Shown here: positions 24,050 through 33,997 of the stretch, piece by piece
Layout of the letters: each line of letters opens with the position of its first letter
Position numbering within the stretch: the stretch's first letter is position 1
Assembly: GCF_038025025.1 (NCBI RefSeq)
Contig: NW_027117343.1
Location: 930,001-994,000 of the forward strand
DNA: 64,000 nt
DNA from: Phyllosticta citribraziliensis
Taxonomy: Eukaryota
Direction: 5' to 3'
Translations under genes and position numbers: made by a program
Notes under the pieces: generated by a model
Database searches by the model: none
Told to the model about the DNA's origin: nothing
The model's input: only the letters and a program-made list of their open reading frames with translations

Positions 24050-26201
24050 ATGCCTACCACACCAGGTGATTCCTATTCGCGTCCCTTTACTTTTCCTGGA
24101 GTTCACGGTTTGTCCGACACGGCCAATATCCTCCCTGTCCACGCCGCACACCAGCGCCAGACCTCCGTAAGCCAACAACGACCCAATCCACACCAAGACC
24201 TCGAGCTGAAAGACGTTCCTTCGTCAAGCCATCCCGCAGACCCCTCCGGACAGCGCCGCCATCTTCCGCGCATCCGAACCGACAACCTGGGAACTAGCTC
24301 TGTCCTTGCTTCTGGCGAGTCGGATCTCAACTCTCCTCGCAGCGACAATCAGATGTCCCGCCGAAAAAGCAAATCCCCCAACCCTCGAACTGCGAGCCCA
24401 AGAGACGACTCGATTGATTCCACGACGAGCAACGGCCATGCGACTGGCGCAATGGAAAGCTTGCTTGAACACCGCCGGAAGCACGCGGCCGCAGACGACA
24501 CCTCGCCTCAGTCCCAGGTCTCCACATACATGAACACCACTACATTTAGCTTGGACGAGGATCCCGCCGTTGGGGTCGCTCAGGACCATGGCTCGTCCAA
24601 GGGCTTCAGCGAACTCCCAAAGAAGGACCAAAGGAATTTCCTGCTCTTGGTCCTCCTCTACTTTTTGCAGGGAGTACCGACGGGCTTGGCGTCGGGATCC
24701 GTACCCTTTCTCCTCAAGTCCCACCTATCGTACAGCCAGATCGGTGTCTTTTCTCTCGCTTCGTATCCCTACTCCCTAAAGCTCCTCTGGAGCCCCATCG
24801 TCGACGCCATTTGGAGCCCCAAGGTCGGGAGAAGAAAGAGTTGGATCCTTCCCATTCAAGCACTTTCAGGCTTTGGCATGCTTTGGCTCGGTAGCAGAGC
24901 TGAGCGCATGATGCAGGAGGCCGGCGCCGACGGTGGGGCGGGCATCTGGGCCTTCACTTGGTGGTGGTTCTTCCTGGTCTTTATGTGCTCCACGCAAGAC
25001 ATTGCAGTCGACGGTACGCGTAAACTCGAGCTGTGTCCTTTACCACGCTAACGCACTACAGGCTGGGCACTTACACTCCTTTCCAACGAAAACCTTTCGT
25101 ACGCGTCCACGGCGCAGACCGTCGGCCTCACCGCTGGTCAATTCTTGTCGTACACCGTCTTCCTTGCTTTCAATTCCCCGGATTTTGCCAACAAATGGTT
25201 TCGCTCGACCCCACAGCCCGAGGGAGTAATGACCCTGGGCGGATATTTGACTTTCTGGGGTTGGGCATACCTGGCCGTCACCTTTGCACTTGCGGTCCTC
25301 AAGCGTGAGGAGAAGACCAAGAACAACGACGGAATCTGGGAAGTCTACAAGGTCATGGGCGGCATCTTGAAACTCAAGAATATCCAAACCTTCATCATGA
25401 TCCACCTGATTGCAAAGATTGGCTTCCAGGCCAACGACGCCGTCACGAACCTCAAGCTCCTCGACAAAGGGTTCAGCCAAGAAGACATGGCGCTCACGGT
25501 CCTCATAGACTTTCCGTTTGAGATTTCGCTGGGGTACTATGCAGGAAAATGGTCCCAAACGTACCCGCCCATGCAGCTGTGGTGCTGGGCATTTGTCGGC
25601 CGCCTCGCGGCTGCCGCGTTTGCCCAATTTGTGGTCATGATCTTCCCGGCTGGCGGGGTGACAACATGGTACTTGCTGACGGTCATTGTCGAACATGTGT
25701 TCTCGACTTTTATGAGTACAGTAATGTTCGTTGCGATCTCGGCCTTCCACGCCAAGATTGCCGATCCGGTCATCGGCGGTACATACATGACGCTTCTGGC
25801 TACGTAAGTGTTGCCCCCTCCACACTTTGTGTGCGGGTTTGCTGATCAATGTGAACAGCGTCTCGAACCTGGGTGGCACGTTCCCCCGCTTCTTCATCCT
25901 GAAGTTTGTGGACCTTTTCACGTCTGCCACGTGCGTGCCGCCGACATCTCCCCCGGCAGACAAGAGCAATGTCATTACACAGGCGTTTTCGTGCGTAGCC
26001 GAGTCTGAAAAGCATCGGTGCATTGAAGGGGGCGGGAGCTGTAACGTGCAGCACGACGGTTACTACATTGTAAACGTACTTTGCATCATGGTGGGAGCGG
26101 TAACTTTTTGGAGCTTCATCAAGCCGGCGGCGCTGAAGCTGAACTCACTGCCTCTTCGGGCATGGAGGATTGCGGAGGGGTCTGCCACAGCGTACCGATA
26201 G
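24050..26201 (+). CDS. Acetyl-CoA transporter 1 (AT-1/SLC33A1-like, MFS)
   Basis: LLYFLQGVPTGLASGSVPFLLK, SLASYPYSLKLLWSPIVDA, GRRKSWI, STQDIAVDGWAL, DPVIGGTYMTLLATVSNLGG. Introns ~25014-25061 and 25804-25858. Confidence 0.95.
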
Positions 26202-26926
26202 ACAGATTTACTTTGCAACCTTATTCTTAGCGCAGCCTTTCGACTCGCCATGCTGTACAGTCCAGAAAGCGACCCAATAGAATGGAGAAGAGACTCGAGG
26301 CATGGATGGTGACTTTGACAGTACCTAGCGGGATGGTAGCTTTGCGTGCGCTTCGTTTACGCTTTTGGGACGAAGCTTGCGGAAACGCAAAATAGCCGTC
26401 GTTGAGGGTGTTTATCCATTGGGCGGGCGCCAAAAAGCAACATGTGAAGCAGAGTAACACACGGGCTAGCTCGGTATGTAGCTGTATGGCTTGAAGCTTG
26501 CCGGGAAATGTTTCAGCGAAGAGGTAGCGTGGGCGCGGGCTCATTGGCCGAATCGGGCGTTGGTAGGGGATGGTGTCAATGGCCATAGCTTCACGACAGC
26601 GGAAGTGGGATGCCGCGACGCTGCTTGGCGGGTCGATGATGGCGATCCGCGAGCGGCGTGCGAGGTGAGACTTCTCCATGCGTGTGACGGGCCCAGACCA
26701 GGGCTTGAGAGCAGACAAAGCAGCACGCCGTGGCAGAGACAGCGGCGACGGCTTATTGATGAAGCTGAAGATGAGGAATACCAGAGAACAGCAAGGTAAC
26801 TCGGCGCGCGGGCCGATACTCGACGATAGCTACGACGACGACCCACAATTCGCTCTCCCCCATCGATTACGCCGTCAGCCCGCCATGCTGAAGTAATGCC
26901 GGCGTTCTGGATTTGAGCTGCCGCCA

Positions 26927-26933
26927 TATATAA
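26927..26933 (+). promoter_or_regulatory. TATA box of the peroxiredoxin gene; a probable 5'-UTR intron follows at 27045-27197
   Basis: TATATAA ~320 nt upstream of the ATG; downstream GTAAGC...CTGAC/TTGAC...TTTAG. Confidence 0.55.
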
Positions 26934-27247
26934 TCTGTCTAGTGCCCAAGGGGGGAACAGGGTCTTGTAGAGCTGCACTGAATATATCAATCAACCAAAC
27001 CTTCCCTGCCTCAGCCTACCAACCCGGTCTCGGACGTCTTTTAGGTAAGCCTGCCGCCGTGGCGTCACTTTTTCTCTCCCAACTCTCGCAACACGCTCTC
27101 CGACTTTACCATCGCGTCCGCCCGCTGAGACTTCCGTCCTCTCTCATCCATCTCCTTTGCGATTCTGACGCTGATTCCGCCGCTTGCTTGACTTTAGCCC
27201 TCAACTTCTTTGTCAATCCCCCCACCCACACTACAACACCATCAACC

Positions 27248-28065
27248 ATGGCTTTCGCTGGCAAGGTTCGCGTTCAGCACCCCGCTCCCGACTTCAAGGC
27301 CACGGCCGTTGTCGACGGTGCCTTTGAGGGTTAGTCTTCCTGTCAACTTTGCGCCAGGGTCCGCCGAGCTGGAGCTAATCCCACGCCTCCCGCTACAGAA
27401 ATCTCCCTCTCCGACTACACCTCCAAGGGCCAATGGCTCATCCTCGCCTTCATCCCCATGGCCTGGACCTTCGTCTGCCCGACTGAGATCATCGCCTTCT
27501 CCGACGCTGCCTCAGAGTTTGCCAAGCGCGGCGTTTCCGTCGCCTTTGCCTCGACCGACTCCGAGTACTCCCTCCTCGCCTGGAGCACCGTGAGCCGCAA
27601 GGACGGCGGCCTCGGCCACATCAACATCCCCCTCATCTCGGACAAGAACCACTCCCTCAGCAAGGACTACGGTGTCCTCCTCGAGAGCGAGGGTGTCGCC
27701 CTCCGTGGCCTCTTCCTGATCGACCCCAAGGGTGTCGTTCGTCAGGTACGTGGAACGCTCGGCAATGCAGCCGCAAGTCTCGGACGTGCATGAGGCTGAT
27801 GTTTCGTTTTAGATCACCGTCAACGACCTCCCCGTTGGCCGCAGCGTTGACGAGTCCATCCGCCTTGTCGACGCCTTCCAGTTCACCGAGAAGTACGGCG
27901 AGGTAAGCAGCCCCGGTGCTCCCATGATACGTCACACGTAGCCTAATCACGCAATAGGTCTGCCCCGCCAACTGGAACCCCGGCCAGGAGACCATCAAGG
28001 CCGACCCCGTTGGCCAGAAGGAGTACCTCGAGAAGAAGTATGGCGGTGATGCCATGACCCAGTAA
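27248..28065 (+). CDS. TSA1: Typical 2-Cys peroxiredoxin (Tsa1-like)
   Basis: [13 protein letters not shown], peroxidatic [32 protein letters not shown], resolving EVCPANW. Introns ~27330-27398, ~27746-27812, ~27903-27957. Confidence 0.96.
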
Positions 28066-28724
28066 AGAAAATCATGATACCAACCCGGGTGGTAGATGTA
28101 AGGGGTCTGTTGCTTGTGCGTGCCCGGCGCATGTTGAATAGAGGGATACTGTAACGTTTTATGCTTGTTGACACGTTTCCTCTCGTCACGTCTGTTTTGG
28201 TTGCAATTCTACACCCTGGACGGGTAGTCTACTAGCTGGCGTCTGCTCGTCTACTTGTAATCGCGGATACCATTAGTGCGTAGATATAGAAAATGCTACC
28301 AAGCTCAAGATGAGCCATGTTTATATCCAATCATCAATTTCCCGAAGCTCGGGGCATTTTTTTCTCGTCTCCTTGTTCTAGGTTTCGTGACGGTCGTGTA
28401 TGACCTGGGTGCGATGATTGGACCCCCTGGACGCAGGATCTCTTTGCGGTCGACGACCGCCAAGGCGATGACGAAACCCAAGATCCAGCTCGACGTTGTG
28501 GCTCGCGTACTGCCAAAGCTACATCACCTTCAGCCACTGCCATCCATTAGCGCCTCTGTAGCGCCGTCTGAGAACCCACCGGGTTGAGCTTGGGGTCGAT
28601 CGGCGTTGACGGCTCGCCGCCAACCTCGTCTCGGTGTTCGCTCGTCCTTCGGCCAGACTCTAACACAACCTCACTCGAACGCGACCCACCCATGTAAAAT
28701 TCGGTGTCGGGTGTGCACGATGAA

Positions 28725-31088
28725 ATGGAACCGCGCATCCCATCTCTCCTCCTCGATGACACCTTTTCGATAGACCGGCTCCCACCAGAACAGCTTCCCT
28801 TTCCTCTGGGGGCGTTCCAAACACCGCATCATGGCTCACAGGCGCTGCCATCAGCGACGCGTCCGTCCAGACCGGCCCCCGTAGAGCCCAGTGCGCCCTC
28901 AGCGAACATTTCGCTGAGAGACATTTACAACCCTGGTGCAAAGGACGTTCACGGACATGGCCATGCTGTCTTCAACGGCCAGCTATCTCGAGCCCTCTCC
29001 AGCCAGCCTGCGTCCGACTCGCAGCCCCCTACCGCTCAGGCACCATCTGAGGCCCGTCCTGCTCGAGCACACCAGAATGCTGCGCGTCCGCCCAAGTCGG
29101 TCCCCCTCGCAGAAGTGCTGAACAGTACCATCACGCCGCCGGCAGATTCTACACAGCATGCGAGCGCAACCGTCTCGCACTTTAGCGGTTCCGTCTCGGA
29201 CTTGCTCCTCTCGCCTCCGGCTGCTACTCAATATGCGTCGCCTGCGGTGCCTCCACGGAAGAAGAGGAAGATGGATTTGGGGAGCGAGATGTTTACTCTG
29301 CCCAAACCCGAGGCGATGAAGAAGAGGAGGCCAAGGATACCACCGCTGCTGCAGGGACTGCATCAGCCACCGCCCGATGCTGGCTTGTTCCCGCCAATAA
29401 CGAGTGAGAGGGTCGGCGCGGAGAGGAATAGAGAAGTCAGCAAGGAGGGAGCACGGGTCGTGTCTGACCTGCAGCCCGCAATGCCTGCTGAGAAGCAAAG
29501 AGAAGCGGTTCCCGAACCTGAGAAGAATGCGGACGCGAGCCTTGACAAGGAAAAGGACCAGCCAGAGCCTGATGACACAGGTACTCAAAAGAAGTCGGGC
29601 AAGCCGGCTCCCAAAGTCAAGCGCAAGAGGTGGACGGACCAAGAGACGACGCACCTGTTGAAGGGCGTCGCCAGATTTGGGATCGGGAATTGGAAAAAGA
29701 TTCTCGAATGTGACGAGTACTCGTTCAATGAGAGGACGGCCGTGGATCTCAAGGACAGATTTCGGACGTGCTGTCCCGACGAGTATCGCAAATTGAAGGC
29801 ACCCGCGTCCACAACGACTGAGAGGGAAAAGCGGTTGTCCAAGAAGCTGTCTGACCCCTCACTTGAAGGTGAACAGGGCAAGGAGAATCAGCAGACAGAG
29901 CAGGCCAAGGCCGTCCCAAAACCCGCGGTCTCGGATGGTGTCTATCAAGATAGTCCACTGTCGGGATCGTGGTCTCTGACCAAGTTCCCTGCGGGCAAGA
30001 AGCGCGGCCCGAAAGTGCATCGCAAAGGCTCGCAGGAACTCATGTCGATCGGCATCGAAGCGCCCTTTACCAAAAACACGCGGCGCGAGCCCCGCAAATT
30101 TGGCGACGACGAAGACGAGGCGTTGCTGCGCGGAGTGGACAAGCACGGCCTGAAATGGCACGTTATCAGAAACGATGAGGACTTGGGACTGAACCACCGG
30201 CACCCCACTGACTTGCGCGATCGCTTTCGGAACAAGTGGCCGGAGCGGTACAAGAATGCGGGATACAAGATTAATGTCAAGGACAAGGGCAAGGCGCCAG
30301 ACGAAGCCATGGACGGTGATGACACGGAGAGGGATAAAGCGGCGGCGCCCGAACTGCCCGCCAGCTCTCAGCGAGAAGAGCATGCCGCCCCAGCCGTGGC
30401 AGCAGAGCCGCACTTCAACGTGGCAGCGCCTTCATCGTCGTCTCGTCCGCGCGCTGCAGACCTCAAGGCCCTGCTCTCGAACTTTCCCTTCCACGATCCC
30501 TTTTCCGATGACGACTTCACAACGGACCTGCCGCTTGAAGGCGAGTGCAGCCCGATCATTCTCAGCAGAGATATTTTCTCCTACGCCAATCCAAGCAACG
30601 GGGGAGGCAGTCAGTCGCAATCGCAACCGCAGCCTTTGCAGACGTATGACGCGCCAATTGGCGTCGGCAATGGCGGCAGTGGCGCAAACGACCACATCAA
30701 CCCGCTCGACACACTCAAGACGTCGCAGCGTCACGCTGTCGGAACTAACAACAGTAACACGGCGACGACGAATTTGCCGCCGCTTTGGCTCCCGGCGCCG
30801 CTCAACGGCGCAGCTGGCGGGCCTTGGTCAAACGCGTCGGTCGACTTGAATGCAAGGTCGTCCAACAGATCTACTGCTGTTGGCACGGCATCGGCATCGG
30901 CAGCATCGGCAGCATCGTCAGCAAATGTCGTCGCTATCACCTCTACTGCTAATACGTTCGGGACAGGTGCTGGTGCCGGTGGCGCCGTCAGCCTGCCCGG
31001 GCCGGCAGATTTGCTCATGGGCCTCGATCTCGACGGCCGCAACGACGGCATGGGCCACGGGGCGAGTTGGTTCAACTTGTTTGAGTAG
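28725..31088 (+). CDS. Double Myb/telobox-domain DNA-binding protein (Tay1/Teb1-like)
   Basis: Intronless ORF with RKRWTDQET..LLKGVARFGIGNWKKIL...RTAVDLKDRFR and FGDDEDEALLRGVDKHGLKW...RHPTDLRDRFR, i.e. two TRF-type Myb repeats. Confidence 0.85.
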   Translation: MEPRIPSLLLDDTFSIDRLPPEQLPFPLGAFQTPHHGSQALPSATRPSRPAPVEPSAPSANISLRDIYNPGAKDVHGHGHAVFNGQLSRALSSQPASDSQPPTAQAPSEARPARAHQNAARPPKSVPLAEVLNSTITPPADSTQHASATVSHFSGSVSDLLLSPPAATQYASPAVPPRKKRKMDLGSEMFTLPKPEAMKKRRPRIPPLLQGLHQPPPDAGLFPPITSERVGAERNREVSKEGARVVSDLQPAMPAEKQREAVPEPEKNADASLDKEKDQPEPDDTGTQKKSGKPAPKVKRKRWTDQETTHLLKGVARFGIGNWKKILECDEYSFNERTAVDLKDRFRTCCPDEYRKLKAPASTTTEREKRLSKKLSDPSLEGEQGKENQQTEQAKAVPKPAVSDGVYQDSPLSGSWSLTKFPAGKKRGPKVHRKGSQELMSIGIEAPFTKNTRREPRKFGDDEDEALLRGVDKHGLKWHVIRNDEDLGLNHRHPTDLRDRFRNKWPERYKNAGYKINVKDKGKAPDEAMDGDDTERDKAAAPELPASSQREEHAAPAVAAEPHFNVAAPSSSSRPRAADLKALLSNFPFHDPFSDDDFTTDLPLEGECSPIILSRDIFSYANPSNGGGSQSQSQPQPLQTYDAPIGVGNGGSGANDHINPLDTLKTSQRHAVGTNNSNTATTNLPPLWLPAPLNGAAGGPWSNASVDLNARSSNRSTAVGTASASAASAASSANVVAITSTANTFGTGAGAGGAVSLPGPADLLMGLDLDGRNDGMGHGASWFNLFE

Positions 31089-31749
31089 AAGAACCGGACT
31101 GATGGTCGTCCTTTTGCTTGTACGTACGTGCTTATCTGCATAGCATGGCGACGGGTCTCCTCCAGAGTCACCCAACCCGCCCAATTAACCCTTTGCAAGT
31201 GTTCCCCTTCTTCTTTTCTTTTCTTTTCTTTTCCTTTCTCTCCTTCCGTATTCTACATGCATACCCTCCTCAGTATACGTCGTCCTCCCTTTATCCATGG
31301 AAGACTCGTTTGTCATTGGAGGTAGATCAAACCACCACTCAACGCGCCATCTTTCTACATTTTTGACCAAATGCTAGGGTGTTTGCCTTGTCCGTAGGCG
31401 GATGCTGGCTGTGCGTGTTGGGACACTTCCATTTAAAACTAGGATTTAATAATAGATTACTTTCGTGTGTATGAATTGCTGGGTATCAAGTGACTTTGAT
31501 AGTAGACCTTGCTTGAAGTATGACTTGCTGATGAAGGGAAATATGTAAACTTCTTGGATTATAAAGTCTACTAATTTTCCTCATTTTTGAAGGAGGAACA
31601 CAACCTACCAGGTACATCCACGCATCTCCCTCATTCCAGGTGACGCACTACCTCTAAATCCGTCCTGGCACGCCGAAGATCATCCGGACATGAGCTCCGC
31701 GGTCTCCGCCGAAGTATGAAGGTTTTCTGAACGTTACACCCAACCAACA

Positions 31750-32906
31750 ATGGCTCAGGCTCTCTCTTTGCGCCCAGCGCTCTGGAATAGAGCAATTCGC
31801 TTAAGCCAGCTGCAACCACACGCTAGCAAATGCTCCGCTATCCTGCTCGCGCCGCGTGAAAGCGCATCTGCGCGGCGATTCCCGAACCAGGCAACTTTCG
31901 CAACATCAAACTCGAGGACATTTTGGACGAACCGAAGCGATGGCATCGCGACGCCTACGCAAAACCGTGTGCGGAGCTTCTCGTCGTCGCCGCGGGCACA
32001 GTACAAGACGGTGCAGGAAGCAAAGTCGCGGGCCAGAGCCGGGGTCAGTCGGGGCAAGCTCATCCTTTTGCGCGCAGGTAGATTTCCATTGCTCGAGCAA
32101 TCCCAACTGACACGACGAGTAGCCATTCACATTAACATCCGCAGTCCTCTTTTTCGGCGTGGGCGCGGGCCTCGTCCTCTACTTTCGCTTCGAGAAGCAA
32201 CGCATGGAACGACTACGAGTCGCCGAACAGACAAAGGGCGTGGGAAGGCCGAAGGTTGGAGGCCCGTTTGAGCTCGTTGATCAAAATGGAAAGAAGTTTA
32301 CGAGCGAGGACATGAAGGGCAAATACGCCTTGGTAGGTTGCGCGCTGGAGATTCATCATCGCGCCAGTCGCATGCACATGGGATCAAGCTAATGGTTGTC
32401 GCCACTCAGGTGTACTTTGGCTTTAGCCACTGCCCCGACATTTGCCCCGAGGAATTGGACAAGATGGCTGAAATGATTGATCGCGTCAAGGAGACGTCGG
32501 GCAACACGCTGCGTCCAGTTTTCATTACGTGTGATCCAGCACGCGACACCCCCGCCGTCCTGAAAACGTACCTTAACGAATTCCACCCGGACATTATCGG
32601 TCTTACGGGTGCATACGACGATATCAAGGACATTTGCAAGAAGTACAGGGTGTACTTTTCGACCCCGCCAGACGTGAAGCCTGGTCAGGACTATCTGGTC
32701 GACCACAGCATATATTTTTATCTGATGGGTAAGTCCGCTCCGCCAGGATTGCGCCCAAAGTCTAGAAGCGTGTCTGACGTTCGACGCATGCAGATCCAGA
32801 AGGCGACTTTGTCGAGGCTCTCGGAAGAAACGAGCCGGCCTCGAGGGCAGCCAAGATCATCTCGGACCACATTGGCGATTGGCGCGGTAGACTCGACAAG
32901 GACTGA
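31750..32906 (+). CDS. SCO1: Mitochondrial copper chaperone SCO1
   Basis: Arg/Ser-rich presequence, TM, VGGPFELVDQNG, YFGFSHCPDICPEELDKM (CxxxC), DYLVDHSIYFYLMDPEG. Introns ~32043-32121, ~32332-32410, ~32729-32792. Confidence 0.96.
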
Positions 32907-33997
32907 AAAAATGTTCCGCAGAAAATCTCCACCAATACAACTCCAAGAACATGCCTCAATCAGTTGGATCATGGTGCGTCGCTGTGTATCTACGCAAACT
33001 GATAGACCAGTAGACTAGGCCGAGAATCAAAAGCCAGCGGCGGATGGCAGCGGCGCGGTTAGCCGATGTCAGCATCATCAGGTATGAATACGATAGCCGC
33101 GGACGGCGTAGAAGCCAGTTTGGAAGCAGCCAAGTATGTGGCGAATCCAGATTGTGTCACAGGTTCTGAATCGACGACCTTCTTTCTGGAGTTCGAGAAG
33201 CTTGCACCAAACGAGCATCTTGGACGACCTGGAGTGAGCTCTGTGGGCGAATCGAGGCCATTCTTCTCTGCACATCGATGCCTGTTGATTGTGCGAACTC
33301 TCAGTCAAAGCACATTCGACAATGCAATAGCCGATTGCGAAAAGTTTCGTGTTCAACTCGTCGACAAAGCCTTGCAGCACGCAAACCAGACCTCAAGAAA
33401 AGAAATCGCACATGCCGGCGATCAGCGGCGTCGCTCTCCGTGGGGCCAGAATAAAGTGTGGTCGTGAACATGGAGTTTCTAGTGATCAATGATTGAAGCG
33501 ATAAGACGGGCCTTTGCAGGTAACACGAGCCTTCGGCGCCGGTGCGCTCACACCAGCGAGGCGCCACTCGGGACACCAGAAAAAATCCTGCCGCACTTGA
33601 CCAATTGCTTAGACAGTGTTTTGGAAGGATTGGGTTCTGGTGCCATCCTGTCAGCCAAGGCCACCGTCCTTACTTGATTTGGCAGGTTCGTAAACAACCG
33701 AGCTACCAGACCCTTTTGCTTCTCGAAATGGAGTATCGTCCGTCCGATAAGGCCTTGCTGGACGATCACGACCGGCGGCGACACCCGCCGCCTTTGCCTC
33801 TTCTATTGTTTTTCCTTGAGTCGTACTTGTCCAGCGGCGCCGTGTGATACCTTCCCTCCGCTATATGTATAAGTACGGCCGCCAGCTGGCCTGCGCTGCT
33901 TTGCGGAGACCCCGACCCCCAACCATCCCTTGATCTTTGTCGACTCCGTCCGCCCGTCCGTCGTGCATTAGACCTCGTGGTCTGAGCTCGACCAGCC

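Noticed and set aside
25040..26023. 327-aa minus-strand ORF
   Set aside because: Antisense to the acetyl-CoA transporter exons; no independent coding features.
31430..31600. Short AT-rich patch, possible RIP-degraded transposon
   Set aside because: Too short, with no terminal repeats, target-site duplication or transposase remnants; consistent with terminator/promoter sequence.
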